Source of the DNA: Fibrobacteria bacterium
GTDB lineage: Bacteria > Fibrobacterota > Fibrobacteria > UBA11236
Assembly: GCA_041746255.1 (NCBI GenBank)
Contig: JBGTHM010000015.1
Span: forward strand, 1-16,260
Length of the DNA stretch: 16,260 nt
Direction of reading: 5' to 3'
A program made the translations under genes and the position numbers. Positions 1 through 6,872 of this stretch are shown piece by piece. Under the pieces are notes generated by a model. It did not search any database and was not told the DNA's origin. It saw nothing but the letters and a program-made list of their open reading frames with translations. Position 1 is the stretch's first letter; every line of letters begins with the position of its first letter.

Positions 1-281
1 AACATGTCTCCAAATATTCTGGTAATAGTTTTGACGGAATCATTTCGAACTGAAACTTTACTTTCATTCCAACTACCGAAAACGGAAGCATAGAGAACCG
101 AGTAGGAATAGCTATTGCCCTTCCAGTGTTTCCAGCTTTCCCAAATATCCCGACTTTCCCTGAGCGAGCTTGGTTGAACCGCTAGTGAATCTACGGGCGG
201 GTTGGGGTTTGGTTTAGTGGTTTGCTCCTGAAAAATGCACGCAATAAAAATAAACGGAATGGCCAGGATTAGTTTTTTCAT
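1..281 (-). CDS. Putative lipoprotein, 5' part (runs off the window edge; not in the ORF track)
   Basis: Manual translation from ATG at 281: MKKLILAIPFIFIACIFQEQTTKPNPNPPVDSLAVQPSSLRESRDIWESWKHWKGNSYSYSVLYASVFGSW..., open to base 1. Basic N-terminus, hydrophobic stretch, lipobox-like FIA-C, Pro-rich linker; AGAGG upstream. Confidence 0.75.
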   Translation of the reverse strand, partial: MKKLILAIPFIFIACIFQEQTTKPNPNPPVDSLAVQPSSLRESRDIWESWKHWKGNSYSYSVLYASVFGSWNESKVSVRNDSVKTITRIFGDM

Positions 282-779
282 GTAAATAAATATACCTCTG
301 GTAATGGCTTTGAAGTATAGCATAGCGAAAAAGGTTGCTCTCATCTTGGGGAGATTGGGGGTTCGGTATCATCCGTTAGGCGCTCAACCTTAAAAGATCG
401 CAACAAAGAGAACAATTGATATTCGGGGCATTAACTTAGTCTTTACAATTTCCCTGTCGCTGGTCACATCACCGGTAGTAGATTGTTCTATCCAAAACTC
501 CAGCCTACCCGTGATCTTGTATCCGAAATAGGAGCCCGGAAATTGCTTCCGGAGCCGTGAACTTCACCAACCCCCACTAATTAGCATATACACGCATTTC
601 CATACCCAACCGCTTCATTCCCGCTTTTTGAGCTTCCAATTCTCCACCTTACCCTTATCTTGACAGAACCCCCGGCAGCCGGGAAACTGATTATGTGGGT
701 GGCGAATTCCAGCCGCGGAAAACCCGGAATTCAATTGGTCCCACTAATACCTGGGCCCTGGATATTGTGGAGAAGTCAG

Positions 780-1829
780 ATGAGTCGTTTTGCAATCGCA
801 ATCAGCCTGGTAATGGCGTATGTTCTTCCCGTCAGGGGGGAATTATCCTCCTGTAAATTCAATTTCGGCATGGCCTGGGATGGACCCAACGCTGGTTATC
901 CGCAGGAGCTGGATTACATCACCATCTGGGCCGGTTCGGACGAAAACTTCAACCCCTATTGGATAGGGGATATGCTCAAGGCCTGCAAACCGGGCGGGAA
1001 GCTGGAGGGCCGCACGCCAGTTTATTACAGTTATATCATCGCTTTCACGGCTCGTTCCGACCGGGGATTGAAGGATTGCGATGTCGGCTCACCCAATCTA
1101 TGTGAGGGGGGAGCAAAATATATTCGGCAGGAGAAAGCACGCATCCTTTCTCAATATGAGAAATACGCCTCGGAAACCGCCAAGATTTGGGGAAAGCTCG
1201 AACCTATCGTCTGGCTGATGGAACCCGACTTTTATCAATATGCCTCCGGTACCAAGCAGGAGGGTGGTCCCCTTACCTTCGCGGAAGCAGCAGCGCTAAT
1301 GGGAGAGTTGGTGGCCATCGTGCGGAAGCATCTACCCCAAGCCAATTTTTCCATGGATATTTCGCCCTGGGTTCCAAACCCTTCTGCGTGGTATGGCGCC
1401 TTTAATATGGGGGATTTCACTTACAACCATACCTCGGGAGGACGAACAGAAGCGGACAATGCCCGTATCCGTGCCGTTAATCCCATGACTTGGAAGTCCG
1501 TTTATGAGCTGACCAAGAAGCCTATCATTGCGGATGACGGCTATGGTGTGGCGGGATCGTTGACCGGGCATGATGCGACGTGGGATAATCCGTCCAATTT
1601 GCAGGCCCGGATAGGGGACGGGGTGATCGCCATTACGCAGGCGAATCCCAAGAGCGATTGGAACGGCACGATTGCGAATATTCGCGGGCAGCTCCCGTCC
1701 TTGCCCGGATGCCCGACAAGCAACATACTCCGCGAGCGCATTCAACCGTTCTTAACGGTAACCCCGGATCTATTACGGGGACGCAATGTGCTGGGTCGAG
1801 ACTTGGGAAAACCCTCACTTCTTCAGTGA
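780..1829 (+). CDS. Secreted protein, putative glycoside-hydrolase-like (remote GH6-like motifs) with a short C-terminal tail
   Basis: ATG at 780 with GGAG upstream gives a signal-peptide-like start (MSRFAIAISLVMAYVLPVRG), more plausible than the track start at 660. Trp/Tyr/Asp-rich; motifs LKDC, VWLMEPDF, FSMDISPW. The coding call is solid; the function is inferred. Confidence 0.6.
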   Translation: MSRFAIAISLVMAYVLPVRGELSSCKFNFGMAWDGPNAGYPQELDYITIWAGSDENFNPYWIGDMLKACKPGGKLEGRTPVYYSYIIAFTARSDRGLKDCDVGSPNLCEGGAKYIRQEKARILSQYEKYASETAKIWGKLEPIVWLMEPDFYQYASGTKQEGGPLTFAEAAALMGELVAIVRKHLPQANFSMDISPWVPNPSAWYGAFNMGDFTYNHTSGGRTEADNARIRAVNPMTWKSVYELTKKPIIADDGYGVAGSLTGHDATWDNPSNLQARIGDGVIAITQANPKSDWNGTIANIRGQLPSLPGCPTSNILRERIQPFLTVTPDLLRGRNVLGRDLGKPSLLQ

Positions 1830-1944
1830 TAGTCCAAATACGAGACCAGCCACGGCGAAGTATCCTACTGTTGTTATATTTGTCGCTTTATCCACGCTGA
1901 GTGGCATAAGTCCGGACAATCCATTCCAATAGAATCGCACCAGT

Positions 1945-2550
1945 TTGAACAAAATCATTTTATTCGGTGACGGAATTCTTGCCGGGCCTCAGGGCTTCGG
2001 CGAGGTGCTGCTCGACTTCCTTTTTCTTCATCACCCTCGGGCGCCGGTTTCCAGTTCGATTTACGGCGACAAAGACACGGATTATGCCCGTGTGCTGCGC
2101 GAATGTCCACTGCATATTATCGGTAAAACTCCACAGCTGGTGGTTTTGGCTTTGGGAAAAGCGGACATCCATTCGTCGAAACCCGTTCCGGCGATTTTGG
2201 AAGAGATACGGCATATTATCTCAATGGTCGAGACCAAGACTAAAGCTCGGCTCTATATCGCCAATGTTTGTTCGCCTCTTTTCGCAGGTGAGGACGCCTG
2301 GGGCAAAGCGGAACAATTGAACCGAGGTCTGGCCGAGGTGGCTATCAGCCGAGGTGGGTTTATCGACCTCCATGGCTGTGCGGAAACTTTTCTGGACGAA
2401 CACCGGCAGGGGCCAGGGGAGAAGCATTCTTTACATTCGCAAGATCATGCGCTTACCTCACTGGGACGGCTGGTATTGGCTGATTTCGCCTATCGCGCCA
2501 TTCATTGGCCGCTTGAGCCGGACGGACTCAAGGAAGCCGATGCGGGGTAG
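1945..2550 (+). CDS. SGNH/GDSL hydrolase-fold protein with degenerate catalytic motifs
   Basis: IILFGDGI (block I, GDS to GDG), P-x-LVVLALGKAD (block III, GxND to GKAD), FIDLH, and QDHALTSLGRLVLA (block V region, no DxxH). TTG start. Confidence 0.65.
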   Translation: MNKIILFGDGILAGPQGFGEVLLDFLFLHHPRAPVSSSIYGDKDTDYARVLRECPLHIIGKTPQLVVLALGKADIHSSKPVPAILEEIRHIISMVETKTKARLYIANVCSPLFAGEDAWGKAEQLNRGLAEVAISRGGFIDLHGCAETFLDEHRQGPGEKHSLHSQDHALTSLGRLVLADFAYRAIHWPLEPDGLKEADAG

Positions 2551-2644
2551 CCGCTCCAAATCAAAATGTGCGTGCTGGGAGGTTTCCCCGACTTTTGTAT
2601 TTTTAGGGCGGTATTTAGAATAAAACGGGAAGCGAGGGGTGATT

Positions 2645-2977
2645 ATGGCGGATGATGAAAACCACGACAGGTATTTACGAAAGAGCCAAGCCCTAAGCCG
2701 GGCATACGAGATTGAAAATAAAGACCGCTACAAAGCGAAGATGGTCACCGGCGAAATCAAGCCGGAAGTAGTCGCTTGTTATCGCTGCAAAAAAGAGCGA
2801 CCCTGCAAAAAATATTCGATTATGGAAACCGGTCGCACCGAAGGGGCCGTCTCCGTGTCGAACGAGTATGTACCCTTATGCGAGGAATGCTCTCCCAAGA
2901 AGAAAAAAGGGGAGAAGGAGCTCACGCCTAAGCAAATCACCTCGCTATTGCGTGGGGCCCGACGCGGGCGGCTCTAG
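2645..2977 (+). CDS. Small basic hypothetical protein with two CxxC pairs (possible zinc ribbon)
   Basis: CYRC...C...LCEEC and a Lys/Arg-rich C-terminus. GAGGGG at 2634-2639 favours ATG 2645 over GTG 2639. Confidence 0.65.
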   Translation: MADDENHDRYLRKSQALSRAYEIENKDRYKAKMVTGEIKPEVVACYRCKKERPCKKYSIMETGRTEGAVSVSNEYVPLCEECSPKKKKGEKELTPKQITSLLRGARRGRL

Positions 2978-2980
2978 CCG

Positions 2981-3451
2981 CTATTGTGGGTTTTCGGGAG
3001 TGTTCTGTTGCATGACGCTGATTTCGGATAGAAACTCCTTGGCTTCTTTGAACTTCCGGTAGACGGAGGCGAAGCGGACATACGCTACCTCGTCTACTTG
3101 ATACAGCGCCTTCATGCAAAGTTCGCCAATGGTATTGCTGGGGATTTCACTCTCGCACAGCCCATGCATTTGATTTTCGATTTGATCCGCCAGGGCGTGA
3201 ATGGTTTCCGCGGAAACCGGCCGCTTTTTGCACGCGGTATAGAGTCCCATCAATAATTTTTGCCGGTCATAGGGTTCACGGCGTCCGTCATTCTTGCTGA
3301 TGGACAGGGGAACGGCTTCCACGTTTTCGTAAGTGGTAAAGCGCTGCCCACAGCTGAGGCATTCCCGCCGGCGACGAATGGCACGACCCTCTTTGCTGCT
3401 GCGGGAGTCGACAACCTTGTCTTCTTCAAAACTACAATAGGGGCACTTCAT
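2981..3451 (-). CDS. nrdR: Transcriptional repressor NrdR
   Basis: MKCPYC...VVDSR...IRRRRECLSCGQRFTTYE zinc ribbon, ATP-cone, and C-terminal VDEVAYVRFASVYRKF. Confidence 0.98.
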   Translation of the reverse strand: MKCPYCSFEEDKVVDSRSSKEGRAIRRRRECLSCGQRFTTYENVEAVPLSISKNDGRREPYDRQKLLMGLYTACKKRPVSAETIHALADQIENQMHGLCESEIPSNTIGELCMKALYQVDEVAYVRFASVYRKFKEAKEFLSEISVMQQNTPENPQ

Positions 3452-3461
3452 ACGCGTTTAG

Positions 3462-3490
3462 AATATATCCACATTTCAACACTTAATCAA
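3462..3490 (-). promoter_or_regulatory. Putative sigma70-type promoter of nrdR
   Basis: Minus strand TTGATT (3490-3485), 17 bp, TATATT (3467-3462), then 10 nt to the ATG; no Shine-Dalgarno. Confidence 0.5.
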
Positions 3491-3541
3491 CAGGAAATGG
3501 CGCCAAAAAGCCCGTGACCAACCAGGTCTTGGGGCTGAATT

Positions 3542-3563
3542 CCATCCATACCCCTATGGATGG
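3542..3563. repeat. Perfect 9-bp inverted repeat between pfp and nrdR
   Basis: CCATCCATA-cccc-TATGGATGG; no clear U-tract on either side. Confidence 0.6.
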
Positions 3564-3589
3564 CGGTTGAGGATTTAGCTGTTGATAGG

Positions 3590-5236
3590 CTAACGACCTT
3601 CCAATTCGAGAGTCCGCGTCACCCCATCGCATACCTCGGAAGGACCGAAATACTGGATGGGTCCGGGGTATTGGAAGGCATCTTCTACCCGCCAGTCGTT
3701 TCGATTGGCGGCGAATTCCGTGAAGGCAGGACCGGACAGCTCGACCAGCGCCTTTTCAATTACGGGCTTGGGTTTGCCGTGCCGCTGTTCCATATTCATG
3801 AGCATGGTAATGGGCAAGCCCCCGGCTTCCCAGGCATCGACTCCCTTCGAGAGATTTCGGATATAACAGATGTAACCTGTTTTATTTCCGTTGATTAGAG
3901 CGGCGGCGGTATACCCGAGGCCGAAGCAATAATCGGCGTCGAAATTGGAAGGAGCGGCGGCGCGGCCTTCATAGCCGAAGAAATGTCGCTGCGTAGAAAA
4001 GCTGCCGGAAAAGTCGGCGCGGTCATGCAATTTTCTCTCCACCAGTTCGGCCAGCAACGCTTCGGTTTCGATACGCGAAACCTGGACGTTGCCATGGGGG
4101 TCGCGGTCCATCAAAAGCTGCAAACGGATATTATCCGGAAGGTCGTTGAAAGTGCCGGCGGACCCGGAGCTTAGCTTGGCCGATACCCAGGCGGTTTTGG
4201 TGTCGCCCACCAGGCTGGAAAACTCCGCTTCGTGATGGGCCAGCATGTCGTTCAATTCGGCAATCAGGGATTTCATGGAAGGGACGAATTCAATCAGGCC
4301 TTCGGGAACCAACACGACGCCATAATTCTTACCCACGGCCGCCCTTTCGGAAACGATATCGGCCAGCGAAGTCGCAATATCGTTGAGACTGAGCTTTTTG
4401 GCTTCCACCTCTTCGGAGATAAGCGCTGCATTCGTTTGCGTGCGCAGCGCGGCTTCCAGGGTGATATGGCTGGCGGAGCGGCCCATGAGTTTGATGAAAT
4501 GCCAGTATTTGCGGGCAGACCGGGCATCGCGGGCGATATTGCCGATCAGTTCGGAATAGGTTTTGACCGCCGTGTCGAATCCGAAGGAGGTTTCGATATA
4601 CTCGTTCTTCAAATCACCGTCGATGGTCTTAGGCACACCCACCACCGATGTGGCAAGTCCTTTGGCCCGGAAGTATTCGGCCAGCACTGCGGCATTGGTA
4701 TTGGAATCGTCTCCGCCGATGACGACAATGCCGTCGAGATTCAAGGATTTGATGGTCTCGATGCAGCGGTCGAACTGTTCGGTGGATTCAAGTTTGGTGC
4801 GACCGGATCCGATGATGTCGAAGCCGCCGGTATTGCGATAGGCGTCGATAATATCCGGAGTCAACTCCTCATACTTGGCTTTCTCCAAACCGGAAGGTCC
4901 GCCGGTAAATCCAAAGAGCTTGCTCTCGGCATGGAGGCTACGTAAGCCGTCGAAGAGCCCGGCGATAACATTGTGCCCACCCGGAGCCTGTCCGCCGGAG
5001 AGCACCACTCCAACGCGCAAGGGCTTGGCCGCAGGGGTGGTCTCGCTCCTATTCTGAAGTTTGAGAATGGGCAGCCCATAGGTATTGGGAAAAGCGGAGC
5101 GTATGGTATCCCGGTCTTTTTTCGGTTCGGCCTTTTCGCCTTCGCTCCAAGCGGTATGGGCCAGCCCCAGCCGCAAGGCCGTCGGGAGTTTGGGGGTGTA
5201 TTGCTTTCGGAATGTGTCTAAAGTGGAAAGAGTCAC
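3590..5236 (-). CDS. pfp: Pyrophosphate-dependent phosphofructokinase (diphosphate--fructose-6-phosphate 1-phosphotransferase), long type
   Basis: SGGQAPGGHN, GGDDS (Asp diagnostic for PPi use), PKTIDGD, MGRSASH, GYEGR motifs; 548 aa; GTG start with AAGGAG RBS. Confidence 0.96.
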   Translation of the reverse strand: MTLSTLDTFRKQYTPKLPTALRLGLAHTAWSEGEKAEPKKDRDTIRSAFPNTYGLPILKLQNRSETTPAAKPLRVGVVLSGGQAPGGHNVIAGLFDGLRSLHAESKLFGFTGGPSGLEKAKYEELTPDIIDAYRNTGGFDIIGSGRTKLESTEQFDRCIETIKSLNLDGIVVIGGDDSNTNAAVLAEYFRAKGLATSVVGVPKTIDGDLKNEYIETSFGFDTAVKTYSELIGNIARDARSARKYWHFIKLMGRSASHITLEAALRTQTNAALISEEVEAKKLSLNDIATSLADIVSERAAVGKNYGVVLVPEGLIEFVPSMKSLIAELNDMLAHHEAEFSSLVGDTKTAWVSAKLSSGSAGTFNDLPDNIRLQLLMDRDPHGNVQVSRIETEALLAELVERKLHDRADFSGSFSTQRHFFGYEGRAAAPSNFDADYCFGLGYTAAALINGNKTGYICYIRNLSKGVDAWEAGGLPITMLMNMEQRHGKPKPVIEKALVELSGPAFTEFAANRNDWRVEDAFQYPGPIQYFGPSEVCDGVTRTLELEGR

Positions 5237-5376
5237 GTGCTCTCCTTCGTCATGTTTGGATTGAATCGGGAAAAGTTAAATCGTTGTGAGTGCGATGGGG
5301 AGGGGGAATCGCGGAATGGTGCGTGAAATCAAGGAAAAAGAACCCGGGAATAACGACGACTCGAGGCATAAACGAA

Positions 5377-5406
5377 TTGACGGAATACCCCCCGATTTGA
5401 TAGATT
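5377..5406 (+). promoter_or_regulatory. Promoter of tRNA-Pro
   Basis: TTGACG (5377-5382), 18 bp, TAGATT (5401-5406) preceded by TGn (extended -10), 11 nt before the tRNA. Confidence 0.65.
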
Positions 5407-5417
5407 AGTCCCCGCCT

Positions 5418-5494
5418 CGGGATGTGGCTCAGTCTGGTAGAGTACTTGAATGGGGTTCAAGTGGTCGTGGGTTCGAATCCCGCCATCCCGACCA
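5418..5494 (+). tRNA. tRNA-Pro (anticodon GGG)
   Basis: 77 nt cloverleaf: acceptor CGGGATG/CATCCCG, D arm GCTC...GAGT, anticodon stem CTTGA/TCAAG with loop AT-GGG-GT, T arm GTGGG-TTCGAAT-CCCGC, discriminator A, encoded CCA. Confidence 0.98.
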
Positions 5495-5502
5495 GTTTAG
5501 TA

Positions 5503-5540
5503 GGAAGGCCCTGGGCGCAAACCTGGGGCCTTTCACTTAT
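5503..5540 (+). terminator. Intrinsic terminator-like hairpin after the tRNA
   Basis: GGAAGGCCCTGGG-cgcaaa-CCTGGGGCCTTTC (13-bp stem including G-U pairs), followed by T-rich sequence. Confidence 0.7.
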
Positions 5541-5560
5541 CTTCCCGCTTAAAATTTCTG

Positions 5561-5638
5561 TAAGTTATTGATTTTACTTATAATGTAGAGAGCATTGGTA
5601 TTTCGAGTTCGATGCCATTGGTTACCAAGCGTTACCAA
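5561..5638. promoter_or_regulatory. att-arm-like segment: IHF consensus site and tandem direct repeat
   Basis: 5561-5573 reads AATCAATAACTTA on the minus strand, a perfect WATCAANNNNTTR; GTTACCAA at 5621 and 5631. Confidence 0.5.
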
Positions 5639-5724
5639 TTCAAACCACCTAATCCAAATTGAAAACCTATACAACTCTTTTGCAATGCAGGTAGGCACTG
5701 TGGGGCTTTTGTAAGTCGAAAGGG

Positions 5725-6205
5725 TGGCACGGCCCCCTTTACTTGGTCACCGCAAGTGAGAGTCCTTGGGTGAAAGCGGCAGCATATTCCATTGGTGGTA
5801 TTCTTCCCAAGCTGCCATGGGGAAGTATTTCGTTGTAAAAGGATTTCCATCGGTCCAAGGAAGCCTGCGCTTCGTCAAGGGTTTCCCATATCTCTTCATC
5901 AAGTACCTTGTCACGGATTTGGCTGTTCAGGCTTTCAACAAAAGCATTCTGCGACCGCTTTCCAGGATCTATAAAATGATGCTTCATAGCTATCGATTGC
6001 ATCCATAGGAACATGACCTTGGAGGTCAATTCCGTACTATTGTCCGTTACCAACTGGTCTGGAAGGCCTCGAATCAACTCCAGAAAGGATAGTACCTCAG
6101 TAACATCCTTGCCACTAAAACTGCTTCTGGCTTCGCACCAGACCAATTCTCGACTACAATCATCTTTGATAACCAAAATCCGGAAACGTCGGCCATTGGC
6201 AAACA
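5725..6205 (-). mobile_element. IS3-family (IS407-group-like) remnant: 3' part of the OrfB transposase (stop at 5739) plus right end
   Basis: GRRFRILVIKDDCSRE...GLPDQLVTDNSTELTS...FIDPGKRSQNAFVESLN...YNEILPHGSLG...P matches the rve core, with decay (DNGxEF to DNSTEL, PGKP to PGKR) and no first DDE Asp. Probable IRR TGGCACGGCCCCCTTT from 5725 (element ends in CA on the minus strand). Confidence 0.88.
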
Positions 6206-6645
6206 AAACGGCGAGGGAAAACTGGTGGCCGGGAAAGCAAGGCTTCGGTTAAACGCCGCGATGGGGAAGAGGCATTGGCTGGAGATATCAGGGCGCTTTA
6301 CCTGCTCCTCGCGCGGGCACTCCATCCGGATAAGGAAATCGATGCGGGATGCAGGGCGGAAAAGACGGCCTGGATGCAAAAGGTTACCGTCGCTTATGCC
6401 GGACGTAACCTGGCCGAACTTCTGGATATCATGGCCCAAAATCCCCTGGATGCCGTGGGACCCTATCTTTCGCAGGCGCCTATGAAAACCGTCAAAGGAT
6501 TTGCCAAACGTCTTCGACGGGAATTGATTCTGCTCCGTAAACAAGCGGAAGGGATTTGGACAAGCCTGCATCCCGGCATTCATGAATACCTTGGACCCAA
6601 AGGTTTGGAGGAAAGAAAAATCAAACGCCATATTTCGGAAGCCCG
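6206..6645 (+). pseudogene. Internal fragment of a J-domain (HPD motif) protein gene
   Basis: The frame is open upstream of the track start (RRGKTGGRESKASVKRRDGEEALAGD), then IRALYLLLARALHPDKE...EKTAWMQKVTVAYAGRNLAELL: J-domain helix II-HPD-helix III. The 5' end abuts the IS remnant and the 3' end runs into antisense relE sequence. Confidence 0.7.
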
Positions 6646-6792
6646 GATTCGAAAGGCGTTTTTGGCACCCGATAATTTCTTGCACCCCATGGGACGGGGA
6701 TCCGTAACAAGCCCGTCAATTACCTTGAAAATCCGCGCTTGCAAAGTTGATGAAAGCGCTGCCGGCTCCTTTTCAGCGCGTCGTTGGATTTC
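6644..6792 (-). pseudogene. relE: Internal fragment of a relE toxin gene, paralogous to 10384-10532
   Basis: Ungapped match to the intact relE at offset 3740: 126/149 nt and 44/50 aa identical by hand count; lacks the start and the C-terminal strands. Confidence 0.92.
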
Positions 6793-6872
6793 CTTTCCCC
6801 AACTCCCGTATGTCACGGTTTCTGGAGGGACTTCCCCCTAGGTTTCATAACACCGAATTCTATTTTGTCAGT

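Noticed and set aside
375..381. GTTAGGC, a match to the integron attC core GTTRRRY
   Set aside because: No partner inverse core or attC-like hairpin at a suitable distance, and no repeated attC between the island genes, so an integron model is unsupported.
300..660. Possible small gene or ncRNA in the intergenic region, including the hairpin CCGGAA-attgc-TTCCGG at 536-552
   Set aside because: Only short ORFs without recognisable motifs, and a 6-bp stem is expected by chance.
660..779. 40-codon N-terminal extension of the 389-aa ORF
   Set aside because: ATG 780 has a GGAG RBS and begins a signal peptide; the extension would bury it.
3452..3540. NrdR box upstream of nrdR
   Set aside because: No adequate match to the acaCwAtATaTwGtgt palindrome.
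3560..5221. Plus-strand ORFs opposite pfp (e.g. 4232-4945, 237 aa)
   Set aside because: Antisense shadows of a GC-rich conserved gene with no protein motifs.
6074..6685. 203-aa minus-strand ORF
   Set aside because: It crosses the relE, J-domain and IS fragments out of frame or antisense, and has no coherent family signal.
6747..6872. Track start of the kinase at 6747
   Set aside because: It lies in the antisense strand of the relE relic; the true start is more likely 6873 or 6810.
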